Positions 1 to 21,715 are shown, counted from the first letter of the whole stretch. The stretch: 63,700 nt of DNA, filler included, from Collodictyon triciliatum (GCA_043381765.1; 8 parts of 8 records of this genome joined end to end with filler, not necessarily neighbours in it), one strand, 5' to 3'. Translations and numbers: made by a program. The notes: generated by a model from the letters alone, not told the origin.

Positions 1-203
1 CCCCTTTCTTCTTGTTTGGGGGTTGGTTTTCTTTTCTTTTTCCTTTTTTTTTTTTTTTTTTTTAAAAAAAAAACAACAACACTAAACATGTTCTGTTACT
101 TGTCCATTTTTCATCATCCTAAACAGTAGACCAAGAGGGGTCTCTAGACATGTACTGACTTTTCTTATTCTTTTATTACGTTTCTTTTATATGTTGCATA
201 CAG

Positions 204-3200
204 GATCTTCCGGCAGAGTTCAGTACTACTACCGCATATTTGCTAACAATATGGCTATAGGCGCAATCGAGGGACTCAATTCTCGCAAGGTACTATATTT
301 GATGGAGTTTGCTATATAATATTATGGGTCATCACTTATCGGTAAGGGTAATAAAATGGGGTTCTCCCTCTAGATCACGAAGTTTGACATGTTCAGTGCC
401 AACTTGCAAATGTACGCTGGCCAAGGCTCGATCGACTTTCCGCTGGTAATTTCTATTCAAATGATCTGCTTTACATCATAGAGCGTACTTCCTATGGATT
501 TTTTTTTGCCGTTGTACGGATACAAAAATATAATAAAATACATTCGATATCGCCTCTTAATTATTGGCTAATCATACCTTCATCAGGTCCGCGGTATGGC
601 ATATGTTACTGCGATCTACAACAGACTTACACCACTTATCTACACACAACACGCCATTCTTTCTGTGAATGGTCTTGGAGTTGGCTCTGCTCCTTTCTAC
701 GGAAACAAGTATTGCGAATCCGCCTTAACACCAACTGCACAATGTCTAAAAATAGTCTCAGACCAGCATACATGCGTTTCTTTGTACAACCTAAAACCGA
801 ATCACATAACGTTCAATAGGTTCAAGGTTGTTCTTAATAATGGTCAAACCTGGTTGATATATTTTATCAATAACGATGGAAGCCTTCCAAACTTGCCCCT
901 CTACTTCCGCGTCGGAGAGGCGAATACACAACAGCTTCATGGTAGCTCCACCTTCACAGGAATAGTCAGGTCAGTTGCTCAAAAGAAAAAGAAGCAAGAT
1001 GAAATAATTAGGAGTTGCAGATTTTGACCACTGAGAAATAGCGGCGCGATTTTTATAAGTCCCATCACCGGGCTTGGGAACTGCATGTGCACATACGGCG
1101 CACTCATATTATTTTCTTTATCTTTCTCGCAGAATTTCCCAACTTCCAAGTGACTCAGTTGAGAGTATCCTTGATGCTCATCGCTCTACTTATGTCACTG
1201 GGGTCAATCTCGCCGCTTCCATGACTGGGTCATCGTCCGCCGCTTACAACTTTAACTGGATTGTAATGAAGCATCCATATTATCTAAACTCATTTCTGTA
1301 ACGATAAGTTGAAGTCTGACTTTATTATTTTAAGGCTCATCTACTGAAGACATTCATTTACAATTCTTTCATGACCACACAATGCAGGTGGCTGGCCCTG
1401 GTGTCAATTCTGGCGTTCGTCTGCTTCACTATACCTTCCCTCACCACCGCCAGATCATCTCCTCGTCTGCTTCAGCCACTGCCTTAACCCTTGTTAGCAC
1501 TACCAAGGTCTGTCTCATCGCTCCTATTTTAGTGGGGTAATATGAATATGATGTTTTGTTCACATTTGAGAACATATAATTTACAAACTATGTGATATTA
1601 GGGAGACATGGTTGCTTACATCGGAAACTCATGGACATTGAATGAGAACGGGTTCAGCTCTATTGAGTGGTTCCCACCACGAGGAGCTGACAATGACAAG
1701 GTTATATATCTTAAATGGTTTCTCATCAAGATTTACATGAATTCTAGACTTAACTATCCATAATAATACTTCTGGGACATGCAAAGCTGAATAATATCCT
1801 CATGCTCATGTTTCTCACATCATCTTTAATGTTGATGAATAGATTGCGAAGATCCGTAGCCAGCTTAATTCTGATATGAACTCAGACTTTGGACGTGATA
1901 CGAACGGTGGCTCAAATTACTTCAATGGAAAGTCTCTTCAAAAATATGCCCTCCTCTTGCTCGTTGCTGAATCTTTGGGAGAGACTGGCCTTCTCAATAC
2001 TGTAAATCGCGATAATATTTATTAATTTTACTGTTCGATACAGCATTAAGTAATTTTATGTCTTGGCGTAGGAAGAACAAGGATATAAACAATAAACCGC
2101 TGTAGGGACTCGCTAAACTCAAGACAGCATTCCAGCCAATTATCTCCCGCACAAACAATAACCCTCTCCGTTATGATGTTACCTACAAGGGAATCATCGG
2201 CCAACAAGGGCTGTATGGTGATGCCTTGGCTGACTTTGGCTCCACTTATTGTATGGGGTTTGACATAATGAGCCAATACTTGAGAATAAAGTATAAAAGA
2301 CAAAAAAAAAAAAAAAAGATACCGAATAACCTCCCCCATCTCAGAAATATATTATTTTATACAAAGGACAGTATATTTTAGTGTATATGATAAATTGATC
2401 CATTTGAAAATCTAGATAACGATCATCACTACCATTATGGTTATTTCATTTATACTGCTGCGGTCATCAGCAAATACGACTCTGCATGGAAGAATGCCAA
2501 CGCCGCGTAATTTAATAACTGATAAAGTCATTCTTCGAAATATGTAGAGTGGATACATTATTTTTAATAATCAATTCATTTTCGATTTTTTTTTTGTTGC
2601 AGTTGGGTCGATTCTCTTGTCCGTGATGTGGCCAATCCTTCCCTAGCTGACCCCCACTTTCCAGTATTCCGCGCTTTTGACTGGTTCAGTGGTCATTCAT
2701 GGTCTCAGGGACTCTTCGAGAGTGCCGACGGCAAAGACCAAGTGCGTATGCCATACTGTCGAGCTTACCCCTTAATCCATTTATCCTTCTACGTTTGATT
2801 TGCAACTTTTTCGAATTCTATTTCTGTATTGCACTTACGTGGCTGCTGCCTTGCTCACAGGAGAGCACCAGCGAGGAGATCAACTTCCTGTATGGATTGA
2901 AGCTTTGGGGTCTGGTTACCGGTCGCAACGACATGAAGGACCTTGGCGGTCTGATGCTTGCCAGTGAGTTGTAACTATATATTATTTTGCATCTAACTTC
3001 CAGTGTTTTTGTTGAGAATAACATCTTTTACATCTACACACACATATGTAAATTTTTTATTTGATCGGGATGCATCGTATGGCGGGACTAATTCCTGTTG
3101 TTTCGTACACCAACGCAGTGGCTCGTCGCTCCATCAACACATACTTCTTGATGGACGCCAACAATCGCAACCATCCCCGTGAATTCATAGGAAACAAGGT

Positions 3201-3911
3201 TCGACTTATTCATAATAATAGAGTCTATTTTGAATGAATTCTTTACTTTATCACCTCTTCCAAGGTATGAATTTGTTGCTATTCTTTTAAAATCCTTTTT
3301 TCTTTTTGACATTTTCGTCACTCAGGTTACTGGCATCTTCTTCGAGAATAAGTGCGATTATGCCACCTGGTTCGGAAGCAATCCTGAATTCATCCATGGC
3401 ATTCAAATGCTCCCTATGACTGCCGTGTCGGAGGACATTCGATATGCTTACTTTGTATGGATTGAATAATGTGATTGGCAACACAATGCAACAGATACTG
3501 AGGCATTTATCGGACTTTTGATTAATCAAATTCCTCTTGATATTTAGGTCGCCGAGGAGTGGCCGCTCATTGCTAACCGGGCTCCGATTGCTGCTGGAGG
3601 ATGGTCAAGCGTTCTCTACACGAACTATGCCATGATCAACAAGAATTCGGCCTATAACTCTCTCCTGACTGCCACTCTTGATGACGGACTTACCCGGTAA
3701 ATGTCTTTAGATTTAGTGCAATATCATATTATGTTCGTTTTTTTTTTTTTAAAGAAAAGAGTGAATTGTTCAGAAGAGCAGACAGTTGACTATATTTTAT
3801 CATAGCACATGGGCACTCTATTTCGCAGCCACCCGCCCGAATGCCGAGGAGAGCCAAGGCGCTCCTATTGGCGACTATGACAATATAGCTGCTCTTCCAG
3901 TCCGCATTTAA
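204..3911 (+). CDS. Glycoside hydrolase family 81 endo-1,3(4)-beta-glucanase, multi-exon, 5' partial
   Basis: GT-AG splicing joins GH81 motifs: [45 protein letters not shown] (catalytic Glu region), [28 protein letters not shown]. Stop TAA at 3909-3911. Confidence 0.9.
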
Positions 3912-5646
3912 GTAGAGAATAAATCGCACGAATCCCACTGCGCAAGGCACTCACGTCTTAGGCCGTTGTGTTTTGTGTATCTGCATGCGACTTTGTGGGT
4001 TGTGTGACTTTGGTACCATCTTTTCCATAATTTATTTGTTGCTACAGCTGCCCATTGATAAAAGAAAAAAGAAAAGGGATATGTACGGGCATCAGGCGCC
4101 CTGTGATGCACTTGCCTTTTCTCACCCTCTCCTGGTGCTGGCGCTCATGCGCATCGTTCCACTCCGCTGTGGGACAACAAGGCGCCAGACAATAACACAG
4201 AACAAAGTCGCCACACTCAGCCGGGTTTGAGCCGCCTAAAAAAACAAAAAACAAGAAAGACAGAGATGTCAATATATGGTCGCCCATATGCGCATAGCAG
4301 AAATCGAGAGATTTATATGCCCTTGGGACACTGCAGCAGATTATTCTCCCTGGCAACCATGAGGTACGACGTTTACTCCTTGGGATCATTTCTATAGGAG
4401 ATTCATCTAGACACACGATCTAAGTTCGACACCGAACCAACACCAGGACGATGAGCCGAAGCCTGTGGTTCAGAGCATGAAGCTGTCTGTAGTCGAGCAC
4501 CCATGTGGAGCACGAGACAGACTTGATGACTGCGTAGCGATGCGAAGCATCAGCTGCACGAACCACCGGTGTTCTGACTGGTGCCCTTCAAATACAAGAA
4601 AACTAATCCCAAACATATCACTTCACTATGTTCACTCCCTAGCATCTCAGTTAGCCGCCATCGACACCTTTCTGTTGCATGCGAATTTCCACACCCATTC
4701 CCATACTTTTATCTATAACATTTCTCTGCATTCAAAGCACAGTCCCACAGCCAGCAATACGCCAGCATCTTGAGATATTCCTGTCACCATTCAATCAGCT
4801 CGCTACCATTCGTCACCTCTTCCTCCGATGGCCTCTCTGTCGCTCATTTCCACATAGACACAATGCACTCAGCGAAGCTTCGCGGTAACTCTGGAATATA
4901 AGTCCGCCTCCTTTGCCGCGATGTCCTTGTCAGCTTTTACTGCGCTCGTTTCCTGATGTATTTCGGATGTCGGATGCTGCTCAGACTGGAATCTGCTGTA
5001 TCTCAAGTATATCACGCTGTGGGTTATATGATAAAGATTCGTTATTACATGTATTATGTCGTATCAAACATGCTCCAATAGCTCTCATCAAACAACCTGG
5101 GTCAGAAAACATCGTGCAGGCTATATCGAAAGCTACATCGCCTTTTTCTATTAGAGTATAAATAAATGTATAAGGATTATGAGATGTGGTTACACGATAT
5201 CAGGATATCAGAATAAAAAAAAAACATTCGCTTCTCACAATACCATGCGCGTTCTTGTGGGACAATATCAATCAAATCTTTTTGCACTGGTGAATGTGAA
5301 TGTGAAAGCAGGAAGTATGATATCGCATTAATTGGAGTAAAAGAATTCAGATTCCAGCTGTGGATGGTTCGTAATCAGATCGGCTTTTCCTTTCATTTCA
5401 AATACTTGCGGGCGTAGGATGAATCATTTGCCAAATGAGCTCCCATTCGTTGATACATTACATCAAAACCCCAAAGTAAATATAAAAAAATGGCGCATAG
5501 AGGGGTGGGCGACGAAAGCAAAGAATCGTTCAGACATTTGCCCGATTTTTAATAAAAGCTGTTGCTCTCAACGACAGGTCTGAATTTTTTTTCTTTTAAA
5601 AGAATCCAAAGGGCCGAATATCTGATAGAGTGGCGAACCATATTTT

Positions 5647-6338
5647 CTATTTGATGTTTCTCAAAATGCGCTGGCATCGAGAAGTTCGCAGTTCGTTCAA
5701 GGCAGTCTCCAGCTCGTCACAGAGATGTTTCATATTGGACAAATCCGCTTGCAATGTGTGGGTAGTGGTTTTTCCTACGGAAAACAATATTCGAAACTAC
5801 AAAATGAGAAAAGAATATAGAGAAATAAGGAGATATTGGGAACAGAGATGGACACATACATCTAAACATAAAGTCTGATCAAAATGGGCAAAATCTTTTG
5901 GAAATGTATGGCCATTAGTAGCCAATTTCAGATTAGACATGACGACACAAGCCAGTATTAGAATGATTACCCTCTTCTTCGACATCCAAGGAGACGTAGT
6001 ATATTGGTGTTGTTTGGTGCCTTTGGGATCTACTGGCAAGCTAAATGAGCGAGATATATTAATGAGTCCCATGTTGAAAACGCAGAAATTTTCACTCTGA
6101 TTGGCGTACAAATGGGGAGTTTTTAACGTGGCATACCGTCACATCCAGTCTCCAATCCATATTTTGGTAATGCGGGAGAGTTAAAGACATATCCGAGAGC
6201 AACTGTCTGATTTGCTTGCGGTTCTCCATATACATCTATTATGACATGAAAAGATTAGAATTTCGTCTATGCTGGAAATGCATACACATGATCCTCAGAA
6301 AAGCTTCATCGTAATGGCAAGCATATATAGATTACTAA

Positions 6339-6406
<68 letters not shown>

Positions 6407-7082
6407 GAAAGTGACGATAAACCTGATATAGCTGTTCATTCAACTCTTTGGGAAAGCCAAGGGTAATGATTGAGTCAATGAAATCAATCTCATTGAGAGA
6501 CATCTTTGAGCTTTCCTCAAACATGTAAGACAACGCCTCCAACGCACGGCGGACAACCTCTGCATCAACCCCAAGTTTCTCTATAGAATCAGGGGTATGT
6601 TATGTGGCTTTGAAAAATAGTGCTTGATTGAATTTTTTTTTTATATATAGATTGTTTGACGGCACAGAGTAGAACACACGCATGATAAAAATAATGCATG
6701 CAACTAATAATTGTTCAGATACAATAATCAATAATCAATAATCAATAATCAATAATCAATAATCAATACTCTAATAATAATAACAATACCAATAAAATGC
6801 ATCTAAATAGGACATGAAATCATGAGATTGTAAAATGAGAAATTAAAGAAGAAAATGCGCACGAGCTGCCCCGGTAAACAGCTTCTTGTTAGCTCCTTTC
6901 TTCAGGAAGTCCAGGGAAATGTTTGCAAAGTCTCCGACGGCTGTCGATTATTTACAGTTTACATTTTACTTCATCATATGAGACAGAGACGGTAAAGGAA
7001 ATAAAATAGCTAATAGGATCGTGTGATGGGTGAAAGGAGTAAGCAGACCATCGGGGCTGATCGAGGTCAGGAAGGCGAGATC
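5647..7082 (-). CDS. COMMD2: COMM domain-containing protein 2 (first exon not located)
   Basis: Spliced peptide [75 protein letters not shown] matches the COMMD2 pattern. Confidence 0.88.
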
Positions 7083-7286
7083 CTTCGATTTTCGGTGCAG
7101 AGGAGGGGTCAGGTAAAAGAAAAAGTAAAGTTAGTAAGCAGCAAAAACACTTGTAATTATATGGTTATTTCGTGTAAGGAATAAACAAATAATAAGAATA
7201 ATAATAAGAATAATAATAAGAATAATAATAAGAATAATAATAAGAATAATAATAAGAATAATAATAAGAATAATAATAAGAATAAT

Positions 7287-7386
7287 NNNNNNNNNNNNNN
7301 NNNNNNNNNNNNNNNNNNNNNNNNNNNNNNTTAATTAATTAANNNNNNNNNNNNNNNNNNNNNNNNNNNNNNNNNNNNNNNNNNNN
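7287..7386. other. Artificial contig linker N44-TTAATTAATTAA-N44 (also 14673-14772, 22057-22156, 29437-29536, 36808-36907, 50711-50810, 58073-58172)
   Basis: The same 100-nt spacer with six-frame stop codons occurs seven times. Confidence 0.97.
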
Positions 7387-8361
7387 AAAAGAAAAGAAAA
7401 GAAAAGAAAAGAAAAGAAAGGGAAAGAAAAAGAAAAAGAAAAAGAAACTAAGAAACTAAGAAACTAAGAAACTAAGATACTAAAATATAAAGATACAATG
7501 GATACCTCGCTGCACTTTGAATCGAATAAAGGAAAAAAAAAAGATACAATGGATAAAAACAAAAAGATACGAAGATGAAAAGGGAAAAAAAGAGATAAAA
7601 AAGTTAAGTGATAGAGAGATAGAGAGAGATATAAAAAGATGAAAGTAAGGAAAGAAAAAAGAATTTTTATTTTCTGTCATGTAAGTTACCCTATCTATAT
7701 CTTGGACGAATCCCAACGATCCCTTATTTAAATTTGTAAACAACCATCACAAGAAACACCTGCGGCCAAACTCTATTTTGATCATTCTCTGCAGAGTTGC
7801 TCTACTCAATCTTTATCGCCTCGAGCTAAAGGAGTTTCGATATTCTACAGTTCTTTTCTCGACAGTGTTTTGACGCTAACTCTCTTTCCATTCTCAAGGA
7901 AGAAATAAAAAAGAAGGGAAAAAGGAAGAACAGAACCGACTAGAAGGAAACGACAGACGAGCGATCCACTCAAGCGCCAACAAACCTCCAAAGCATAAAC
8001 CGAATAGCCTGGTTTAAGAGAAAAAGGGGTTTCACTGACGTTGAGTCGATTCCCTTCGGTAATGACCTTCAAACCCACACTTCAATATGTTCGCCTTAAA
8101 AAACAACAACCAAGAACAAAACAGCTCACCCTGCTCTTTTTTTCTCTCGCCTGGGCGTTCTCTTAAGCACAGCGTTGCTTTTCATGGCTTGAGCTAGTGG
8201 CTCTACTTTTATTTATTTATTTTATTTATTTATTTATTGCTTTATTGCTTTATTGCTTTATTGCTTTATCTCGCATTAGCGTTTTATAACAAAGCAAAAG
8301 CTCCCGTAGAAGCCGTATTCCTTGCCCTGACTTAACCAAGTTCCTTATAGAGAGCCCGCAA

Positions 8362-11300
8362 ATGACGCATTCCGTTCGATCGTTCCATTCTGGCGTGTCC
8401 ACTGTCCTGCCATACACGCCGTCGGTTGCTTCTTCCTCCAACTACCCAAACGGCAATGGAGGAGCTCAGGTTGCCGGACAGGCAAACCAGAATGGAGCTG
8501 CTTCACGCCGTTCGTGCGACATGCATCCTCTATTCCTTTGGTTCTCAAAGGTTTGCTGTCCAATGCAATGTCCATGTGATTTTTCTTCCTCGCTGTCTAC
8601 TCTCGTTTGTCTCCGTCTTTTTTTTCTTCCTTTCCTCTTATTTTCTATTTCTCCTTGGTTTTCTTTTTTTTTAATTAGGTCTACATAATCTTTTAAAAAT
8701 GTATTCTTTGAGAGTTTTTTTTTTCAAGTCGCTGTTTGCACTTTATTTGTCTAAAAACTACGCAATGATGTTCTAGGACGAGCGCCTGGAAAGCCAGTTT
8801 CAGGTTTTCTATGCTGATCGACAGAAGAGAACATTACAAAGACTCTACTTTGCGTTGGTACGTTTACATCGGTTATAGCTTAAAATATTTCATACAGCAT
8901 GGCTACAGTTTTGATTTGTATGTCCTACCCTTTCCTTACACACAATAATCACAGTTGGTTGTCCTGGCCGTCGTACTTGGTTTTCGCATGGCCAATGAAT
9001 CTGATGATAAGGCAGCTGTGATCGCGTGTTCTGTGATTGTCATTCTCTGCCCAGTCATCATGCTTGCCTTCTCCACAACAAGGTTTGTATTCACCTACTC
9101 GTAATTACATATTTGTGAGGGCTTTATCTTACGAAAAAGCAAAACGCAAAAAAGAAAAAAAAAGAAAAAAGGAGTAACTTTAATAGACAGGATATGTATA
9201 TCATATGCTTTTTTTTTATTACAGCAATTTTCGTCGCCTCCACATCCCTGCCACACTCCTCGCAGGCATTGTGACGTCTGTCTGTTACATTCGAATTACC
9301 AGCTACGAAGAACTCCGTGACCAGTACATGTCTGTCGCTGTATATCTGATATGCGCATACAGCTTTCTCCTTGGACTGACATTCCCTGCAGTTGTACGTT
9401 GTTCTGACCTAAGCCATAATTATCCAGTCATATATTTCTCGAATACTTACTCAGTCAGCACTCATATGTCGCCTAATCTTTTGATCTTGAAAACTGAGTC
9501 CTTTGATACACCCTGTTTATATAGAGCGAGGTTTGTTGTCTGCGGACAACACTGCTGAATTGAAATGCTACATTTTGATAGGTTTTCCTGAATGCTTGGG
9601 TTGTTGTCAACTGTATGATCGAGTGGTCCATTGCTGATAAATTTGTCGATAGTACTGATACAATCACCATCCTGTTCCGATTAATTGTTACTGTGGTTTT
9701 GTTTTCGTACGCCGCATATCGCCAAGATTATCTCTTTAGGTAATGCATTATGATATTTATATATAGTTTTGTCATAATACCATTTCTCATTGAGGAAATA
9801 CAGGAATTTAGAATTATTCAATATGCAATATTATGTTACGCAAATTCGATTTTCATAAAGACATGTCTAAAGTTGTCGCTCACGTTTCTCTCTCGTTTGA
9901 ATTCGTATTCAGACGGGTCTTTTTGTCTACCTTCCAGCTACGTGTCGATAACAAGGCAAGATTTACATAACCTCGCCAAATAGAGTTACCATTCAACACA
10001 TGGACGGGCCTAAAATAGCGTAATTTACAACTCATATTTTCTCGCTTTCTATTCCTTCCATGTAGGGCCTCAAAGAGGAGCTTGAGAAACTTAAACAAGT
10101 TGAGCCTCCAAAGGGAGAAGTTGACCTCGAATCGCCTCTTGCTAAAGTCATCCTCGTATTGAGAGAATTGCGCCAGACAGCATGTTCGTGACTTCCAATT
10201 TCCTTTTCCCCTCATTTATTTTGTGATGGTTCAATACATAGACTGGAAAAATTCATTTATAATATATCTTATGTCAGATATCTACATCGTCTTCCTTCTC
10301 TTCCTTTCAATCTTGAATTTTTAATTTTTCTTTTTAATTTAGTCACCAAAATGTTGGTTGGAAAAGACTCCATCACGCGATTGGATGCTGCTATTGAGAC
10401 TCTTGTGCACAATCATGACATCTTCGTCCCCAACATATCAAACCAGCTTCTGTCCGGAAAGATTCGTGGGTGGCTTCCACATACCCAACTAATTTCAATT
10501 ATATATCTAGATTGTTAACATGGTAACGTTATGTTATATAAATCTGACTCATTTACATAATTGCCATTTGAAACAGAGATGGATTCCGACACTCAAAATT
10601 GGCTCTTCTCTGAGTTGGCATCAAAGGAAACTCGCGCATCATCCCCGAACACCAACGTGAGTCCATCAGATATACATTTGATTATGAACGAGTATCATTA
10701 TTATCCTTGGTTTTCAACATCAAAGAGGAAAGTCGTTTTTTCTCCATCGATTATTTACTAACGATAAATTGGTAACCTGTATTCCTATAAACTAGCAAAC
10801 TCAAGAAATCCAGAGACGACCATCCCTTGGAAGCATCGTAAAAAGACGCAGAAGGTTATTATAATCCTAAATTATGCTATCTTGAAAACAACTTGGCCAA
10901 ACTTCCGATCTTGACATCCGATCCCAGTAGTGATGTAGCACAGTTTATGATAACTACATTCTTATCTGACAAACGTGCATTATAGTAGCTCAGGCGCCAA
11001 AGGTCTTGGTCTCTCTCCTGGAAATCTCCGCCCATCTACCGAAGTCCATGAATTAAACTCAGAGTATTAACTTTTCAGATTATATAATCTTTCTCTGAAA
11101 TCACTTTTTTTTTTATTCCATTGAGGGTAACCATCTTCACAAACCTGGGCCTATCCATTCTCCCCCTAATTCCATAGCGAGGCCTACAGCGTCACCAGTT
11201 TCCTTGAGAGCTACGTGGACCAATGGGACTTTAATGTGTTTATGTTTGCCGAAAAATGCCGAGGTGAGCCTGAGTACCGCAATCATTTAGGTCACACTAC

Positions 11301-11518
11301 TGTAATGACTATTTTCCCTGGGGCTCTCAGGCCATAAGATAATATTTGGACATAATCACACTAGGGCGCCCACTCTATCACCTTGCAAATTACCTTTTCC
11401 GTCGCTATCAATTTATGACCAAGTTTGATATCGACCCTGTCAAGGTTTCCCTCCCTTTTCGGTCTTACACGAACATTTTTTCATCTTTGTATATCAGGGC
11501 ACCAACCTCTAATCATTT

Positions 11519-11557
<39 letters not shown>

Positions 11558-13690
11558 TCTACTATTGAAATATGAATCATTAATCCTCTAGTTTGATGCC
11601 TTCCTGAGTATTGTGGAAAGCGGATACCACGGCGATAATCCTTATCACAACTCGACACACGCCGCAGGTATCCTTTTGCCCGAGATGGTATCAATCCATT
11701 TCCTCTCATTCATACTCAATCGTATTTTCTATGGCCATTTTAACGTGCCTTGAGTTTCTCAGATCACTTCTTACTTTTTTTTTATATTGATTATCCCTTT
11801 TTTTTCATTTTTTGCAAGATGGTGAGGATTTTGCCACTTCTTATTCTTTTTATTTCTATCATGTACATGGATTCTAATAGTCAAATATCACCACTAGATG
11901 TTTTGCAAGGAACTCACCAAATTCTCGTGCAAAGTGGCTTAATCACGTAAATTTTCGTTTCCGAAACATTTTCTAGGATGTTGCGCGGTCCAAAGTCGAA
12001 ACAGAATTTAATGCTAAAATTACTTGGAATAGATTCTTTGACGATATGGAAATCATGGGATTACTCATCGCTGCGATAGTTCATGATATTGACCATCCGG
12101 TACCTTTCCTTGATTAAATTATCTTATTTGATTGGATGAAGGAAGAGATATTTGTTGTCATATATCTCCGTGTAACTACAAGCTTCTGGTTCTGCCCGTG
12201 TATTAAAACTTCTTCCAAAAAAGGGCCGAACCAACATTTTCATGGTTGCAACGGAGTCTGAATACGCCTTGACATACAATGACAAATCTGTAATATTACC
12301 ACACATTGAAAATAAAAAAGAAAACATAATACTTCCTGTCAACAGATACCGCAGCACAGATTTCCCAATGCTTTGTGCGATGACTTATTTCCTTAACCTG
12401 TGGTTTTACTTTATTTTATTTAAGGTTCTTGAAAATCACCACGCTTCTACTGCATTCAGAGTCATCCGCGACCCTCGGTCAAACATCCTGGATAACATTC
12501 CGAAAGCAGAGTTTGTCTATTCTTCATAATCACACACATTAATATCATTTGATGTAGCGATGACATCAGTTCGTTTGGTATATTGTTTCTCAGTTGTACA
12601 TACAAATTTCTTGTGAACCCACAGTCGAATTGATTCGTCTATTCAAATATACAAATTCTAGACGAAAAGCGTTGAGAGCACAGATCATCGAGCTCGTGCT
12701 GGCTACCGATCTTTCCCAGCACTTTGACATTGTCGGCAAATTCAAGAGCAAATTGGGCTCGGACGGTATGTCTATCACGAAAAGAATGTCAGGCTTTTAG
12801 TGGTTTTATTCCCTGTCTTAGATATATACAAATATTAAACACAAGACCACAAACAGACCTCCGTACCGCGAAGGAAAATCGTATCATGATTATGAAGATG
12901 ATTATCAAGTGTGCTGATGTCAGCAACCCAGCCAAAGTGCAGACGGTCTACCAACCATGGGTCGCTCGTATCATGGAAGAGTTCTTCAACCAGGTAAGCT
13001 TATTCAATTTTTACAAACATACACATGAAATAGTACACGATGATAATTCTCAATCAAACATTCCTGTGTAATTCAAGGGTGACGAAGAAACCCGTCTTTC
13101 TCTTCCTATTTCTCCATTCATGGACCGCAACAATCCCACGGTAATGAGAAAAATCTATGTCCCTATCTATACTAAAAACCTTGTTTGTGTGGCATATGAC
13201 AAATGACACATATGCCTTGCTTTTTTTTTTAAACACTGGTGCCATTAACATATATCATCTGGCAATCTGAGCCACCTCTAATTCTGTTCAATACATTATT
13301 TTTTTCATGACCACTCCAAAAGATCGAGAAATGCCAGATCGGCTTCATGAGCTTTATCGTTAAGCCGCTCTTTGAAGCCTGGTGCACATTCATCCAAGAC
13401 CAATCCTACCACCAGATTGTCATCGCCAACAAGGAATACTACGAAAGCAAGTAGGACTTTTTTTCTGGCCAACTCCTCACCATTCCCGTCACTGAAGCAG
13501 CTTGTCCATACCTGACCCGCTTAGATTGAATGCAACTGCACCGCCTGCCGCGCCGCCTCAGCCTGCTGCCCCACCAGCTCCTGCTGCGCCCACATCCACG
13601 CCTGTGACCTCTGTTGCAATCAACATTCCAAACTCTGTTGCGTCAGATACCACGAAGGATGCAAACCAGCCCCAAACGCGCAAGGACTGA
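8362..13690 (+). CDS. Class I 3',5'-cyclic nucleotide phosphodiesterase with N-terminal multi-pass membrane region
   Basis: Spliced motifs YHNSTHAADV, HDIDHPGRTN, VLENHH, LATDL, IIKCADVSNP, EFFNQGDEE, QIGFM. About 6 hydrophobic segments in exons at 8.78-9.74 kb. Pro/Ala-rich tail, stop TGA ending at 13690. Confidence 0.9.
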
Positions 13691-14624
13691 TGAGAAGAAC
13701 GCAAACAAAGAAGAAACATCAATGCATGTGCATGGAATCAACGAAAGGGCTTGCTTTGCTCCCTTTGGCGATTAAAATCCATCCTAAGCTTACCTGACTG
13801 TAGAATCTTTTGTTTGCTGTGACTTTCGTCAAAGGAAAGAAGGAAAGAAGAAAAGAAGGAAAGAAGGAAAGAAGGAAAAAAATCGAGGAGGGGAGCGTCA
13901 CTTCGTTTCTACAATTCTGATGAGCGGTTGTGAGAAAACCTATGTTGTTTTCATAGTTGGCGATGGAGTTGCGCAACACCACTTTGCGATTTAGAGAAGA
14001 AAAAGAGCGATGTGAGCTCAGATTGTTAATTGTTGTTTGATTTATGCAATCAATCGGTAAAGCAGAAGAAATTATATTCCAGAAATGTAACTATAGAAAT
14101 GGTATCACATCGTTGAAATCTGAATACCATTATAGGCGAAAGTGCTGATTTGATAATTTTTTTTGGGACTGCCCAGAAAGCCGCAAATCCCTTCCGTTCA
14201 GGAATGCTCTTCTTCCCTTTTGCACACACAACGCCACCACAGGTCATTTGGTGTGGCCATCGACACAATTGGGTGGCCATAATGTGCAAACCTGTCGTTC
14301 GGAAGGAACAATGCCGCGCAGTAGTTTCCGGCCGATCTGCCGCGTAACGAAGGAGGAATCTGCTCGAGTCAAAAAGACACGCCTCGCATTCCTGCCTCAG
14401 AAGCAGAAAGATCCCGACTGAAGAAAACAAGGTGTCGAGCCAATAAAGAAGCTAAGAAACAAGCAAAATAACCGAGCCGCACCCACAAAAACCCGTCCTC
14501 AAACACACACAACAATCTTTGGAAAGCTTACAACTCTAAAACTTATTAAACCAAATAAAAAAACCAAATAAAAAAAAACCAAATAAAAAAAAAACCAAAA
14601 AAAAAAAAAACAAAATAAAAAAAA

Positions 14625-14672
<48 letters not shown>

Positions 14673-14913
14673 NNNNNNNNNNNNNNNNNNNNNNNNNNNN
14701 NNNNNNNNNNNNNNNNTTAATTAATTAANNNNNNNNNNNNNNNNNNNNNNNNNNNNNNNNNNNNNNNNNNNNTTTTTCTTTTTCTTTTTTTCTTTTTTTC
14801 TTTTTTTCTTTTTTTCTTTTTTTTCTTTTTTTCTTTTTTTCTTTTTTTCTTTTTTTCTTTTTTTCTTTTTTTCTTTTTCGTTAGAATCACCTTGTTGGAA
14901 GATCAACCAAAAA

Positions 14914-21715
<6,802 letters not shown>

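Noticed and set aside
4866-5460. Possible small minus-strand gene
   Set aside because: One exon-like stretch is present, but no consistent spliced frame or recognisable motif.
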